Shown here: positions 27,134 through 36,966 of the stretch, piece by piece
Layout: every line of letters begins with the position of its first letter
How positions within the stretch are numbered: position 1 is the stretch's first letter
Source: a virus
Lineage: Duplodnaviria; Caudoviricetes
Reading direction: 5' to 3' (one strand)
IMG/VR virus record: IMGVR_UViG_3300014208_000027
Location: 139,499-203,498 of that record
DNA length: 64,000 nucleotides
Made by a program: the position numbers and the translations under genes
Notes under the pieces: model-generated
Told to the model about the DNA's origin: nothing
What the model saw: the letters and a program-made list of their open reading frames with translations, nothing else
The model's database searches: none

Positions 27134-29446
27134 ATGGCGCAAGAAGAAACAATAATTTCTCATTCGAAGTATCTTGATAATGTATATACTGCAATGGGAG
27201 ATTATGTAAAATCTGTATATGTTGAATCTGTTCAGGTTCTTCGAGACAGTATAGTTAATTCTTATAGTAAATTTGCTAAAACATTAGGGTACTGGAAATC
27301 TGGAGATGGTGGCGGTAGCACTTATTGGTGGGATGCTTCTTGTACTTTAAATGACGATGGTGGATCTGTTTTAAAACCTGCAAATATTGTTAATGTTTTA
27401 ACGCCCGGAAGATGGAGATTGATTATAAATGAATCTGTTAATGTAAAACAATTTGGGGCTAAAGGAGATGGCATTGCAGATGATACTACTTCTATTCAGA
27501 ATTGTTTAAATTATGCTTTCCCGATTCCAGGTGCTAGAAGTTATTCTTTTGCTTTGTGTAGTGTTTTTATTCCCAGAGGATACTATAAAATAACAAGAGC
27601 ATTAATTGTTGGCATTACTTTAGAAAATTTAGAAGCATTAACCAACCTTCCACAGTATATTTATGGTCCCAGAATATATGGTGAGGGCTATGTCACGACA
27701 AAATTACTTTGGTGCGGAGATGCTTATGATAAAGTAGGAACCACAGCGGAAAGAACTACTGTTTTAACAATGTTTCACTGTCAACATCCTAGTGTTGAAA
27801 GTTTAGTTATTGAATCTAAATCTACTAACTTTAGATGTGGAATACATTTTAGATGTGGTCCTTCTTCTGCAACAGATGCTATTAATTATCAACATACAAA
27901 AGATGTTACAGTGGTCGGCGGGACTTGGGTTTATGATGGTTTTTATTGGAGACCTGGGGGAGGAATTGCCGCAGGCGGACATTTAGACTGGACAGGATGG
28001 AATTCTCCTTTTCCTAATGGTCAATATAGTTATGGAACTTACAATACTTCATTTTATATTGGTTCTGGAACCGGGTTTATTTTTATTGGAACTAATGGAG
28101 AAAATCAATCGCTTTGGAATTGTGGTTCGATCAATGCTGTTCCTTCATCTGCACAATATAAAAAATGTATGGTGTATGGATATAATCTTCGTGGGCTATA
28201 TGTTGATGGATATGAGTGTGCTACAATAAACGGACAAAATCAAGCCCCTGGAACACACAATCAAGGATTTTTATATGTTGAGGGAACATCTACGGATTGT
28301 CCTTATGATTTAAAAAATATGCGTTTGGAACACACTTGGCAAATAGCAAAAATAGTATATCCTTTTGGTGCAGCTAACGGGGGTACTATTCCAAGAAATA
28401 GCACTCATGCTTCAATAAATATTGAAAATGTACAAACTTCTGCCGAAACAGATCATGATCCAGGTAGTGCTCCATGTTATGTTGTTGATGTTGGCCAACC
28501 AACCAATGTTTATATGAAACATGTTCACTGGGGTCTTGTAGATACTAAAATCAGAGTTGCCGATCCTGGAACAGATAATTTATCTCCTTCTATTGTAACT
28601 TTAGATGGTTGTAGTTTTAAAAACTCGGAAGCTTTGACGAATCCGGCTGCTTTACTTGAAGTTGTTGCTGGCCCTGAAAACTCTTCTACTTATCCGACAA
28701 GTTGCTTGATTACACGAGGTTGTACTGTGATGACTAATGGCAGGACTCAGAATATTAATGTTTCATTAGCCAACACAACTTCTTACAATGTCACTATTAT
28801 AATTGACATGAATGGGACTCCGATATCTTCCACATATACTTCTAGTGAAAATGCCACTATAACAGAGATTGTGAATGCTCTTGTTTCTGCTATCAATAAT
28901 AGTTCTGCTTCAACTTATTTAATAGCTAGTAATGCATCTAATACACTTAGAATAACTTCTGTAAATGGTGTATATTGTGTCAAATTACTTACTGATACTC
29001 CAAATGTAGTTACCGTTCCTTCTTTGGCTGGCGAAGCGAATCAAGCACATCTACCTGTTTGGAACGCAGGATATATTGCAGATGGAACTTGGTATCGTAA
29101 TGCTGCAACAGAAACAGGCGTGTCTTTTACTAATCCAATAAAAATATCTCAGACGGGCGTTTCAATTGGTTTGGCTGGGACAGAAATAAAAAAACATCTC
29201 TCTGCGAAGGGAGTTTGGTCTTCTGGGAATATTAATGCTTCATCTGTTGGAGTTTTTGATGTAACCGTTCCTGGTTCTTGTGCTGGAAATACTATAAATG
29301 TCGGAATTACTTCTCCACTATCTAAAGCAACTATAAGTGGCTGTTATTTATCTGGAAGTGTTGTTCGAGTTGTAGTGAATAATTTAGATAACTCACCTGC
29401 AAATGTAAACGGTTCTACTGTTACAGTTGATTGCTGGCAGCATTAA
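27134..29446 (+). CDS. tailspike / beta-helix depolymerase-like protein
   Basis: TLGYWKSGDGGG N-terminal module, then VNVKQFGAKGDGIADDT and VFIPRGYY pectate-lyase-3 entry motifs. Confidence 0.8.
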   Translation: MAQEETIISHSKYLDNVYTAMGDYVKSVYVESVQVLRDSIVNSYSKFAKTLGYWKSGDGGGSTYWWDASCTLNDDGGSVLKPANIVNVLTPGRWRLIINESVNVKQFGAKGDGIADDTTSIQNCLNYAFPIPGARSYSFALCSVFIPRGYYKITRALIVGITLENLEALTNLPQYIYGPRIYGEGYVTTKLLWCGDAYDKVGTTAERTTVLTMFHCQHPSVESLVIESKSTNFRCGIHFRCGPSSATDAINYQHTKDVTVVGGTWVYDGFYWRPGGGIAAGGHLDWTGWNSPFPNGQYSYGTYNTSFYIGSGTGFIFIGTNGENQSLWNCGSINAVPSSAQYKKCMVYGYNLRGLYVDGYECATINGQNQAPGTHNQGFLYVEGTSTDCPYDLKNMRLEHTWQIAKIVYPFGAANGGTIPRNSTHASINIENVQTSAETDHDPGSAPCYVVDVGQPTNVYMKHVHWGLVDTKIRVADPGTDNLSPSIVTLDGCSFKNSEALTNPAALLEVVAGPENSSTYPTSCLITRGCTVMTNGRTQNINVSLANTTSYNVTIIIDMNGTPISSTYTSSENATITEIVNALVSAINNSSASTYLIASNASNTLRITSVNGVYCVKLLTDTPNVVTVPSLAGEANQAHLPVWNAGYIADGTWYRNAATETGVSFTNPIKISQTGVSIGLAGTEIKKHLSAKGVWSSGNINASSVGVFDVTVPGSCAGNTINVGITSPLSKATISGCYLSGSVVRVVVNNLDNSPANVNGSTVTVDCWQH

Positions 29447-29466
29447 TTTTTTCCTTCCTCTCTTCA

Positions 29467-29474
29467 CTATTTAA
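29467..29474 (+). promoter_or_regulatory. putative late promoter (neck genes)
   Basis: Intergenic CTATTTAA. Confidence 0.5.
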
Positions 29475-29498
29475 CAGTAACTATAAGAGGATCACTAT

Positions 29499-30821
29499 GT
29501 GGCACATTTAATCGATCTTAACCCTTTATCTACTATATCAGAAGTTGTATTGCCTGCTACAGGTAGTATTAACAATGTTAATTTATATGTGCCTAATGGA
29601 ATTTATAGTGATCCAGGTTCAGAGTTTTATTCAGTAAATTTTCTTTATGGTGCAGTAGATCAAGTAGCTTATACCTATAAAAAGTTAGGTGGAGATGTAC
29701 TTGATATTGAAGTTACAGAAGGTACGGTATACGCTAACTATGAAGAAGCTGTTTTAGAGTATTCTTATATTGTTAACATTCACCAAGCTAAAAATTCTTT
29801 ATCTCGTATGCTTGGTTCTCAAACAGGTTCTTTTGATAGTGATGGTACACTTACTTCAGGTTCTTTAAAAACTAGTTTATCCGGTTCTCACGTAGGACAA
29901 AAGTTTCCTAAATTTTCTTTTGACTATGCCAATAGTATTATGCAAGGCGTATCAAATCAAGTTCCAGTTGGTCAGGCCATTACGGAGTATTCAGCTAGTT
30001 TTTCTATTGTTTTAGAACAACAAGATTATGACCTTCAACAGGCCGTTCAAGATATGGCAGCTTCAGGATCTTTTGGTCCTTATTTTAGTTTAGGTAATAA
30101 ACGTGTGAAGGTAACAAAAGTTTTTTATATTACCCCTCAAGCTACATGGAGATTCTTTGGTCAATATGGAGTAGGTGGATTTAATGTTATTGGTAATTTG
30201 TCTAACTATTCAGGTTATGGTCAATATACCGATGATTCAACTTGGCAAGTTGTTCCTGTTTGGCAAAATATTTTACAAGCCCAAGCATACAGAGAAGCTA
30301 TTACAGTTAGATGCTCAAATTATTCCTATGAATTAAATGGTTCTAAAATTAGAATTTACCCTACGCCTCAAATTTATTCACCGGATAAGTTTTGGTTTAG
30401 ATTTACTTTAGAGAATAGCGATATTTGGAATGAAAAAATAGAAGATGACGGGGCTAAACTTGATTCAGGCTTGAACGGCATTAACAATTTAAACAATGCT
30501 CCGTTTGAGTCTATACCTTACAATGATATCAACAGTATTGGTAAAAATTGGATTAAACGCTTTTGTTATTTGTTAAGCCTTGAAACTCTTGGTCAAATTA
30601 GAAGTAAATTTGATCCGCTTCCTATTCCTAATACAAATATAAGTTTGAACGGCAAAGAATTAATTTCTAATTCGCAAAAAGGTCAGGAAGATATGCGAAA
30701 AGAATTATTTGAAGTACTTGACCAGTTGACTTATGCAGAATTAACTAAACGTGATGCAGAATTACTTGACAGTACCAAGAGCATAGCAGAAAAAATTCCT
30801 AATATGATTTATATAGGGTAA
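29499..30821 (+). CDS. neck/head-tail adaptor (gp13-like)
   Basis: LGGDVLDIEVT; ETLGQIRSKF..IP..NISLNG..L. Position ahead of the sheath. Confidence 0.75.
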   Translation: MAHLIDLNPLSTISEVVLPATGSINNVNLYVPNGIYSDPGSEFYSVNFLYGAVDQVAYTYKKLGGDVLDIEVTEGTVYANYEEAVLEYSYIVNIHQAKNSLSRMLGSQTGSFDSDGTLTSGSLKTSLSGSHVGQKFPKFSFDYANSIMQGVSNQVPVGQAITEYSASFSIVLEQQDYDLQQAVQDMAASGSFGPYFSLGNKRVKVTKVFYITPQATWRFFGQYGVGGFNVIGNLSNYSGYGQYTDDSTWQVVPVWQNILQAQAYREAITVRCSNYSYELNGSKIRIYPTPQIYSPDKFWFRFTLENSDIWNEKIEDDGAKLDSGLNGINNLNNAPFESIPYNDINSIGKNWIKRFCYLLSLETLGQIRSKFDPLPIPNTNISLNGKELISNSQKGQEDMRKELFEVLDQLTYAELTKRDAELLDSTKSIAEKIPNMIYIG

Positions 30822-30827
30822 TTTTAA

Positions 30828-31328
30828 TTGTCCCAAGCTAACAAAAAGTATGATCGTCAACTTGCTCCTGCTCCTCCACTATTTCTAGGGGCAAAAGAAA
30901 AAAAGTATCAAAAGCAAATTAACGATCAGCTTATTGAAACTGTTCTACCTTTTCAAATTCTATATTTTCCTATTGATATAGACACTACTAATTTTCACTC
31001 ATTATATGGCGAGGCAATAGAAAAAAACTTTCTTAACCCTATAGTAGTTCGATGTATTGTAGAATGGGCAGGCGAGCAAACAGAGACTACAGGTTATGGT
31101 ATTGATCGCAAGGCTTCACCAATTAAAATATATTTTCATAAGCGTAGACTAGTAGAAGATCAAAATCTTTATGTTCGCATGGGTGATTTCGTTCAGTATG
31201 GTGACAACTTCTATGAAATTATAGACCTTAACGAAACTAGAGAACTTTTCGGGGATAATTCTTTTAAAGTTGAGATTAGTGCTACGTGCATTAGAGCCAG
31301 AGAAGAATTATTTAATGGGCAATTTTAA
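30828..31328 (+). CDS. head closure / neck protein (gp14-like)
   Basis: HSLYGEAIEKNF; GDFVQYGDNFYEI; synteny. Confidence 0.7.
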   Translation: MSQANKKYDRQLAPAPPLFLGAKEKKYQKQINDQLIETVLPFQILYFPIDIDTTNFHSLYGEAIEKNFLNPIVVRCIVEWAGEQTETTGYGIDRKASPIKIYFHKRRLVEDQNLYVRMGDFVQYGDNFYEIIDLNETRELFGDNSFKVEISATCIRAREELFNGQF

Positions 31329-31331
31329 TTT

Positions 31332-32216
31332 ATGACTGCAATTTCAAATAAATCTATTCATGAAATACCATTTCAACCTTCTACGATTGAAAATATCGAT
31401 ATAGCCTTTTATCAATGGCTTAATGAAACAGTAAATGTTTTTTGTACGACTAAAGAAGGTTGGCAAAAAGTTGAAGTAGTTTGGGTAGGTTCTGAACGTG
31501 CTTGGTTATCTAAAAAAACTAAAGATGCCCATGAAAAAACTGGTGCTTTATTTTTCCCACTTATATCGGTGGAAAGAAAAAATATAGTTAAGGATCTCGC
31601 CAAGAAAGGTAAATTTTTTGCTGGTCTACCTTTAGTTAATGATGAAAAAGGTGGTACTGAAACGGTTACTATAGCTAAAAGAATTAAACAAGATAAGACT
31701 GCTAATTTTGTTAATAATGATATGAAACAACGGTTTGGTCAAAGTAATTTTCCTCGTAAATCTAGTAAAATAGTTTATGAAACCATGTCTATCCCTATCC
31801 CGGTATATATTGAGATTGATTATGAGGTAAAGATTAAAACTTTGTATCAACAACAAATGAACGAAATGCAACAACCATTTATGACGAAGACGCTAGGGTT
31901 AAATTATTTTGTTATCCGTAATGAAGGTCATAGATACGAGTCTTTTATGGATTCAAACTTTAACAATCTTCATAGCAATTCAACTCTAGATGGTAAAGAA
32001 AGAATATTTGAAACATCATTTAGTGTCAAAGTTCTAGGTTATCTAATTGGTGGTGGTAAAAACGATAGTCAACCTAAAATAGTTATTCGTGAGAATGCCG
32101 TAGAATTTCGGATGCCAAAAGAAAGTATTGTGTTTGGAGATAAAACACTACAAGGTGGTGAATATGTAGGTATAGGCGGGTTTGGTAGCAATCCTAAGAA
32201 AATTAGACCTATTTAA
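31332..32216 (+). CDS. tail terminator/completion protein (gp15-like)
   Basis: ENIDIAFYQW; PVYIEIDYEV..T.YQQQMNE; synteny. Confidence 0.7.
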   Translation: MTAISNKSIHEIPFQPSTIENIDIAFYQWLNETVNVFCTTKEGWQKVEVVWVGSERAWLSKKTKDAHEKTGALFFPLISVERKNIVKDLAKKGKFFAGLPLVNDEKGGTETVTIAKRIKQDKTANFVNNDMKQRFGQSNFPRKSSKIVYETMSIPIPVYIEIDYEVKIKTLYQQQMNEMQQPFMTKTLGLNYFVIRNEGHRYESFMDSNFNNLHSNSTLDGKERIFETSFSVKVLGYLIGGGKNDSQPKIVIRENAVEFRMPKESIVFGDKTLQGGEYVGIGGFGSNPKKIRPI

Positions 32217-32270
32217 ATCGTTACAAGTCAAGAAAAATTTTTCTTTGCTAGCATAAGGAAAGTGTTGGAA

Positions 32271-32278
32271 CTATTTAT
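32271..32278 (+). promoter_or_regulatory. putative late promoter (sheath)
   Basis: CTATTTAT, then AAGGAG. Confidence 0.5.
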
Positions 32279-32310
32279 TTGGAGATAGCCTTATAAGGAG
32301 AAATTTAAGC

Positions 32311-35250
32311 ATGTCGGTTTCCCAATACAAATTTGTAAGTCCCGGAGTTTTTGTTTCAGAGATTGATAACTCACAACTTCCAAAAACTTCTAATAAGCTT
32401 GGTCCAGTTATTATTGGTCGTTCTGAACGTGGTCCTTCTATGCGTCCTGTACGAGTAGAGTCTTTTTCTGAGTTTATTGAGATCTTTGGGAATCCTATTC
32501 CAGGTGGTCAAGGTGGTGATGTTTGGCGAGATGGAAATTATACCGCTCCTACTTATGGACCTTACGCAGCCCAAGCATGGTTAAAAAATAATTCTCCTCT
32601 AACATACGTTCGACTTCTGGGTTTCTCTCATACCAATGCTACTGCCGCTGGCGCGGCTGGTTGGACTACTAAAGACACTAGTGGGAATACTACTGGTCTT
32701 GGTGTGCAAGATACTAATGGTGGAGCATACGGACTTTTTATTATTGCCTCGTCATCCTATGGTGTATTGTCTGGGTCTACTGGACTTACAGGGACTGATA
32801 CAAGCCCCGCTACAGGCTCACTAGCCGCCGTTTGGTATGTTAACCAAGGGTCTATTGGTTTGACGGGTTCATATCCTGGAACGGGCGGGAGTGGAGCCAC
32901 AACGGCATCTGGTTCTGCCGTCATGGTTCAATCTGTTGGTGCTAACAAAGAATTTAAAGTTGTTCTACGCGATAAAAACAGTAGTGTTGTCAGTACGACT
33001 ACTTTCAACTTTAATCGTGATTCACAAAAGTTTATTCGCAAGGTTTTTAATACTAATCCTACACTTACAAATCTTAGTGTAACTCAAGGCGCGAATACTG
33101 CTTCTTATTGGCTCGGACCTACTTATGAAACTTTTCTTGACAATACTGTTAGTAGCGGTTCTACTGCTGGTGATTGTTTCGGAATTATCCTTGGGTTGAA
33201 GAATTCTACTACCGAAGGAAGCAATTTTAAAGTTTCTGCTCAACCTGCTAAAACTGGTTGGTTCTTTAGTCAAGATTTACAATCTGTTACTGGTTCTTCT
33301 AATTCTTATCAACCAGAGAATATGACGAAGCTGTTCCGATTCCTTTGTCTTGACACTGGAGAATGGACTCAATCAAACATTAAAATCTCTATTCAAGATG
33401 TCAAGGCTTCAACGAATCCATTTGATCTTTATGGAACTTTTACAGTTGTACTTCGTAAAGCTGATGACACTGACAATGCAGTTAGAGTTATCGAACGCTT
33501 TTCGGAATGCAGTTTGAATCCATTTTCTCCAAATTACATTGCTAAGAAAGTTGGTGATAAATATCTTACTTGGGATGACACCGAAAGACGTTATCGAGAA
33601 TATGGAAACTATAATAATCTTTCTAAGTTTGTTCGTGTGGAAATGAATTCTGACGTAGACCAAGGTGCTGTCAATGCTGAATGTTTACCATTTGGTGTTT
33701 ATGGCCCAGTTCGATTTAAAGGGTTTGGTCTTGTGAGTGGTTCTACAGATACATTAGTTTATGGAGCTAATACTTCTGGAGCTACTGCATTTGCTAATGC
33801 TATGGCTGAAGGTGGTACTAGTTTAGTTCGGGCTGATGTAAATGGTTCACAAGTATTTAATCCTGGAAATTTGGCCTTTACTGGCTCTTTCTTATTCCCG
33901 GCGCTTACGATTCGTAGTGCTTCTAGCGACGGTGGTATGGCTAGTCCTAAAGATGCTTATTGGGGTCTTCAAACTACAATTTCCAACACCAACACTCGTT
34001 ATGACGCAGCTTATAAAGATGTTGTTCGTATGCTTCCAAGTGGCTATAATGATACTCTAGCTGATAATACCGTAACTGAGTACTCTTGGATTGTTACCCT
34101 TGATAACGTAGCCAAGACTTCTTCTACTGCTACTCATGCAGTTTATGTGTCAGGTTCTCGTGCTACCGGATATTCTTTGACGGCTCAAGGATCAAATAAT
34201 TATAAAGCTGTCCTAGATGCAGGGTTTGATCGGTTCACTACACCTCTTTATGGTGGTTTTGATGGTCTAGATATTACTGAAAAAGATCCTTTTAACAATA
34301 CTGATCTAGCTGGTGGTTCTGAGACTACAAATTATGCTTTCAACTCTGTTAAACGTGCAATGGATTGTTTAGCTGATCCAGAGATGGTTGAGTGTAACAT
34401 GATGTCTTACCCTGGATTAACTCATGATGGTTTAACGGCTCACCTTTTAAATATCTGTTCTGATAGAGCAGATGCTTTTTGTGTGATTGATCTTCCAGGT
34501 GGTTATGTTCCTCCTTCTGAGAATGGCAATGGTGATTCTTCTGTTGGAAACCGTGGTGATGTTGACACTACCGTTTCTAATCTTCTCGGAAGAGGAGTAA
34601 ATAATAGTTACGGTGGAGCTTATTATCCTTGGGTACAGGCTAAAGACACTATCACTGGCGCTACTCTTTGGGTGCCGCCCTCTATCGCTGCTATCGGCAC
34701 TATGGGTAGTTCTGAAGCCAAGTCTGAAATTTGGTTTGCTCCTGCTGGTTTTAATCGTGGTGGGCTTTCCGACGGTGCAGCAGGTATCCCAATCGTAGGG
34801 GTAAAAGAAAAATTAACTGTTAAACAGCGTGATAAACTTTATGCTGCCAATATCAATCCGATTGCATCCTTTCCAAGTGAAGGTATTGTAATCTTTGGCC
34901 AGAAGACTCTTCAAGTAACTCCTTCTGCTCTTGATAGAATCAATGTTCGTAGAATGCTTATTCATGTCAAGAAAGAAATTTCTAGAATGGCAGCAACGAT
35001 TCTTTTTGATCAGAATGTTAAAGCTACTTGGAATCGTTTCATTGGTAAGGCAGATCCTTTCCTTCGTACTGTTAAAGTTCGATTTGGTTTGGTAGATTAT
35101 AAAATCGTTCTTGATGAGACTACAACTACTCCAGACCTTATTGATCGAAATGTTTTGTACGCTAAGATTTTCCTTAAACCTGCTAAGGCGATTGAATATA
35201 TTGCTCTTGATTTTAATATCACTGGTCAAGGCGCTTCATTTATTGACTAA
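32311..35250 (+). CDS. tail sheath protein (gp18-like)
   Basis: FVSPGVFVSEIDNS, YYPWV, WFAPAGFNRG, FGQKTLQ..SALDRINVRRML, KPAKAIEYI. Confidence 0.96.
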   Translation: MSVSQYKFVSPGVFVSEIDNSQLPKTSNKLGPVIIGRSERGPSMRPVRVESFSEFIEIFGNPIPGGQGGDVWRDGNYTAPTYGPYAAQAWLKNNSPLTYVRLLGFSHTNATAAGAAGWTTKDTSGNTTGLGVQDTNGGAYGLFIIASSSYGVLSGSTGLTGTDTSPATGSLAAVWYVNQGSIGLTGSYPGTGGSGATTASGSAVMVQSVGANKEFKVVLRDKNSSVVSTTTFNFNRDSQKFIRKVFNTNPTLTNLSVTQGANTASYWLGPTYETFLDNTVSSGSTAGDCFGIILGLKNSTTEGSNFKVSAQPAKTGWFFSQDLQSVTGSSNSYQPENMTKLFRFLCLDTGEWTQSNIKISIQDVKASTNPFDLYGTFTVVLRKADDTDNAVRVIERFSECSLNPFSPNYIAKKVGDKYLTWDDTERRYREYGNYNNLSKFVRVEMNSDVDQGAVNAECLPFGVYGPVRFKGFGLVSGSTDTLVYGANTSGATAFANAMAEGGTSLVRADVNGSQVFNPGNLAFTGSFLFPALTIRSASSDGGMASPKDAYWGLQTTISNTNTRYDAAYKDVVRMLPSGYNDTLADNTVTEYSWIVTLDNVAKTSSTATHAVYVSGSRATGYSLTAQGSNNYKAVLDAGFDRFTTPLYGGFDGLDITEKDPFNNTDLAGGSETTNYAFNSVKRAMDCLADPEMVECNMMSYPGLTHDGLTAHLLNICSDRADAFCVIDLPGGYVPPSENGNGDSSVGNRGDVDTTVSNLLGRGVNNSYGGAYYPWVQAKDTITGATLWVPPSIAAIGTMGSSEAKSEIWFAPAGFNRGGLSDGAAGIPIVGVKEKLTVKQRDKLYAANINPIASFPSEGIVIFGQKTLQVTPSALDRINVRRMLIHVKKEISRMAATILFDQNVKATWNRFIGKADPFLRTVKVRFGLVDYKIVLDETTTTPDLIDRNVLYAKIFLKPAKAIEYIALDFNITGQGASFID

Positions 35251-35275
35251 GGGAAGAAAAAATAAGTTAACACGG

Positions 35276-35283
35276 CTATTTAG
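35276..35283 (+). promoter_or_regulatory. putative late promoter (tube)
   Basis: CTATTTAG, then CAGGAG. Confidence 0.5.
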
Positions 35284-35309
35284 TTTGTTACAGGAGACTT
35301 TAAGTAAAA

Positions 35310-35840
35310 ATGGCTAAATATAGTTTCTGGTCAGATGCATCACTAGAACCAAAAAGAAATTTTAGGTTTACCTTGCTTATGAATGGTATTCCATCTTGGC
35401 TTATTAAGAAAGTAAATAAACCTGCCTTCAAAATTAACGAAGCTAAGCATCAATATCTTGGACACACTTTTTATTATCCTGGGAATGTTGAGTATGAACC
35501 TGTTACCATTACGTTAGTTGACCCACTTACTCCTGATGCGTCTAGAACGATTATGAATCATATTGCAGCTTCAGGTTATAAATTTCCTCTTGATGCGACA
35601 AGTACTTCTACAGTTTCTAAAGTTAATGCTGTTGCTGCTTTAGGAAATTTAACTGTTGAGCAAATTGACGCTGATGGTAACATTGCTGATAAGTGGACAT
35701 ATAAAAATGCTTGGATTAGTGATGTTAAGTTTGGTGAACTTGCTTATGAAGATAATAACTTAACTGAGATTACATTAACAGTTCGTTATGACTGGGCTGA
35801 AATGGATGTTCCTGGTCCCGAAGCTGGTGGTCAAAGCTAG
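35310..35840 (+). CDS. tail tube protein (gp19-like)
   Basis: EPKRNFRF, YYPGNVEYEPVTITLVDP, WTYKNAWI..FGEL, LTVRYDWA. Confidence 0.93.
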   Translation: MAKYSFWSDASLEPKRNFRFTLLMNGIPSWLIKKVNKPAFKINEAKHQYLGHTFYYPGNVEYEPVTITLVDPLTPDASRTIMNHIAASGYKFPLDATSTSTVSKVNAVAALGNLTVEQIDADGNIADKWTYKNAWISDVKFGELAYEDNNLTEITLTVRYDWAEMDVPGPEAGGQS

Positions 35841-35922
35841 TTAATCTTTAAACCTCTTGGTGATGTTTGCTTTATAATCTTTCGCTGCAACAAAATAATA
35901 ATTCATTCATAAGGATTTTTTA

Positions 35923-36771
35923 ATGTCTAGAAACAACGATAAACTTGTAGGTACTCTACCCGATGATAGCTTACCTATTATGTCACAAGATAATTCTAAT
36001 TCACAACTTAATTTTATTACGCCTACTCAACTTGTAGATTTGCCTTCTAAGGGTAGATTTTATCCAGATGGCCATCCTTTGAAAGATAAAGAAGATGTTG
36101 AAATGCTTTTTATGTCTGCTAAAAGTGAGGACATTCTAACTAACAAATCTTTTATTAAGAAAGGCGTAGCTATTGATAGAATGCTATCGTCTCTTCTAGT
36201 AGATAAAAATTTAGATCTTGACTCGCTTCTTATTGGCGATAAGAACGCTATGATCATTGAAGCGAGGATTAGTGGTTACGGTAGCGAATATAAAACTAAA
36301 TTTACATGCCCTACGTGTGGAGAATCTCAAGACTATGAGTTTGATCTTGACACTGCAAAGAAAATAAACTTTGGTGAAGATGTAGAAGAGGTTAGTGAAG
36401 TTACTGCTCAAGGAACATTTGTTGTTACTTTACCCCGCAGTAAGGCGTTGGTAGAGTGTAAGTTGTTAACAGGTAAAGATGAAAAAGAGTTAGCATTTTT
36501 ACAGGAAAAGAAAAAGAAACATAACCTACCTGATTCTTTAATGACAGATCAATTGAAAATGTTCATTGTAGCTGTCAATGGGGATAGTAGCAAAGAAAAA
36601 GTTTCTAGAGCAGTAGAGACTATGCCAGCTATTGATTCTAGGTGGCTAAGAAGCGTTTACAAAAAGGTTAATCCTAATATGACACTTAAGCAGGAGTTCA
36701 CCTGCAAGGCTTGTGCCAGCGCCGAGGAGGTGGATGTGCTGCTCGGCACAAGCTTTTTTTGGCCTAACTAG
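35923..36771 (+). CDS. tail assembly chaperone / baseplate hub assembly protein (gp26-like)
   Basis: VDLPSKGRFYP, EDILTN, LLIGDKNA..I.ARI.GYG, two CxxC motifs, ends FFWPN. Confidence 0.8.
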   Translation: MSRNNDKLVGTLPDDSLPIMSQDNSNSQLNFITPTQLVDLPSKGRFYPDGHPLKDKEDVEMLFMSAKSEDILTNKSFIKKGVAIDRMLSSLLVDKNLDLDSLLIGDKNAMIIEARISGYGSEYKTKFTCPTCGESQDYEFDLDTAKKINFGEDVEEVSEVTAQGTFVVTLPRSKALVECKLLTGKDEKELAFLQEKKKKHNLPDSLMTDQLKMFIVAVNGDSSKEKVSRAVETMPAIDSRWLRSVYKKVNPNMTLKQEFTCKACASAEEVDVLLGTSFFWPN

Positions 36772-36937
36772 CGAGTATTCCAAAGCTATTTACGATATCT
36801 TTTTTCAAATGAAGTATCATGGAAATTTTTCTTTGTTTGAGTTGTATAATCTACCAGTGCAGATAAGAAGTTATTTTCTAGAGAAGCTGTCAGAGCAGAT
36901 AAACAAAGAAAACGAAGCCGCTAACAAATCTCACTAA
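36752..36937 (+). CDS. C-terminal chaperone extension (gp51-like/GT-like), likely reached by frameshift
   Basis: +1 frame FFGLTSEY..MKYHGNFSLFELYNLP; T7 run at 36754-36760; no SD-led start. Confidence 0.6.
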   Translation, partial: AFFGLTSEYSKAIYDIFFQMKYHGNFSLFELYNLPVQIRSYFLEKLSEQINKENEAANKSH

Positions 36938-36954
36938 CAATAGTTAAATTTCTT
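36884..36954 (+). repeat. 71-bp imperfect direct repeat, copy 1
   Basis: Matches 38045-38115; encodes KLSEQINKENEAANKSH*. Confidence 0.9.
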
Positions 36955-36966
36955 TCTAATTAGGAT

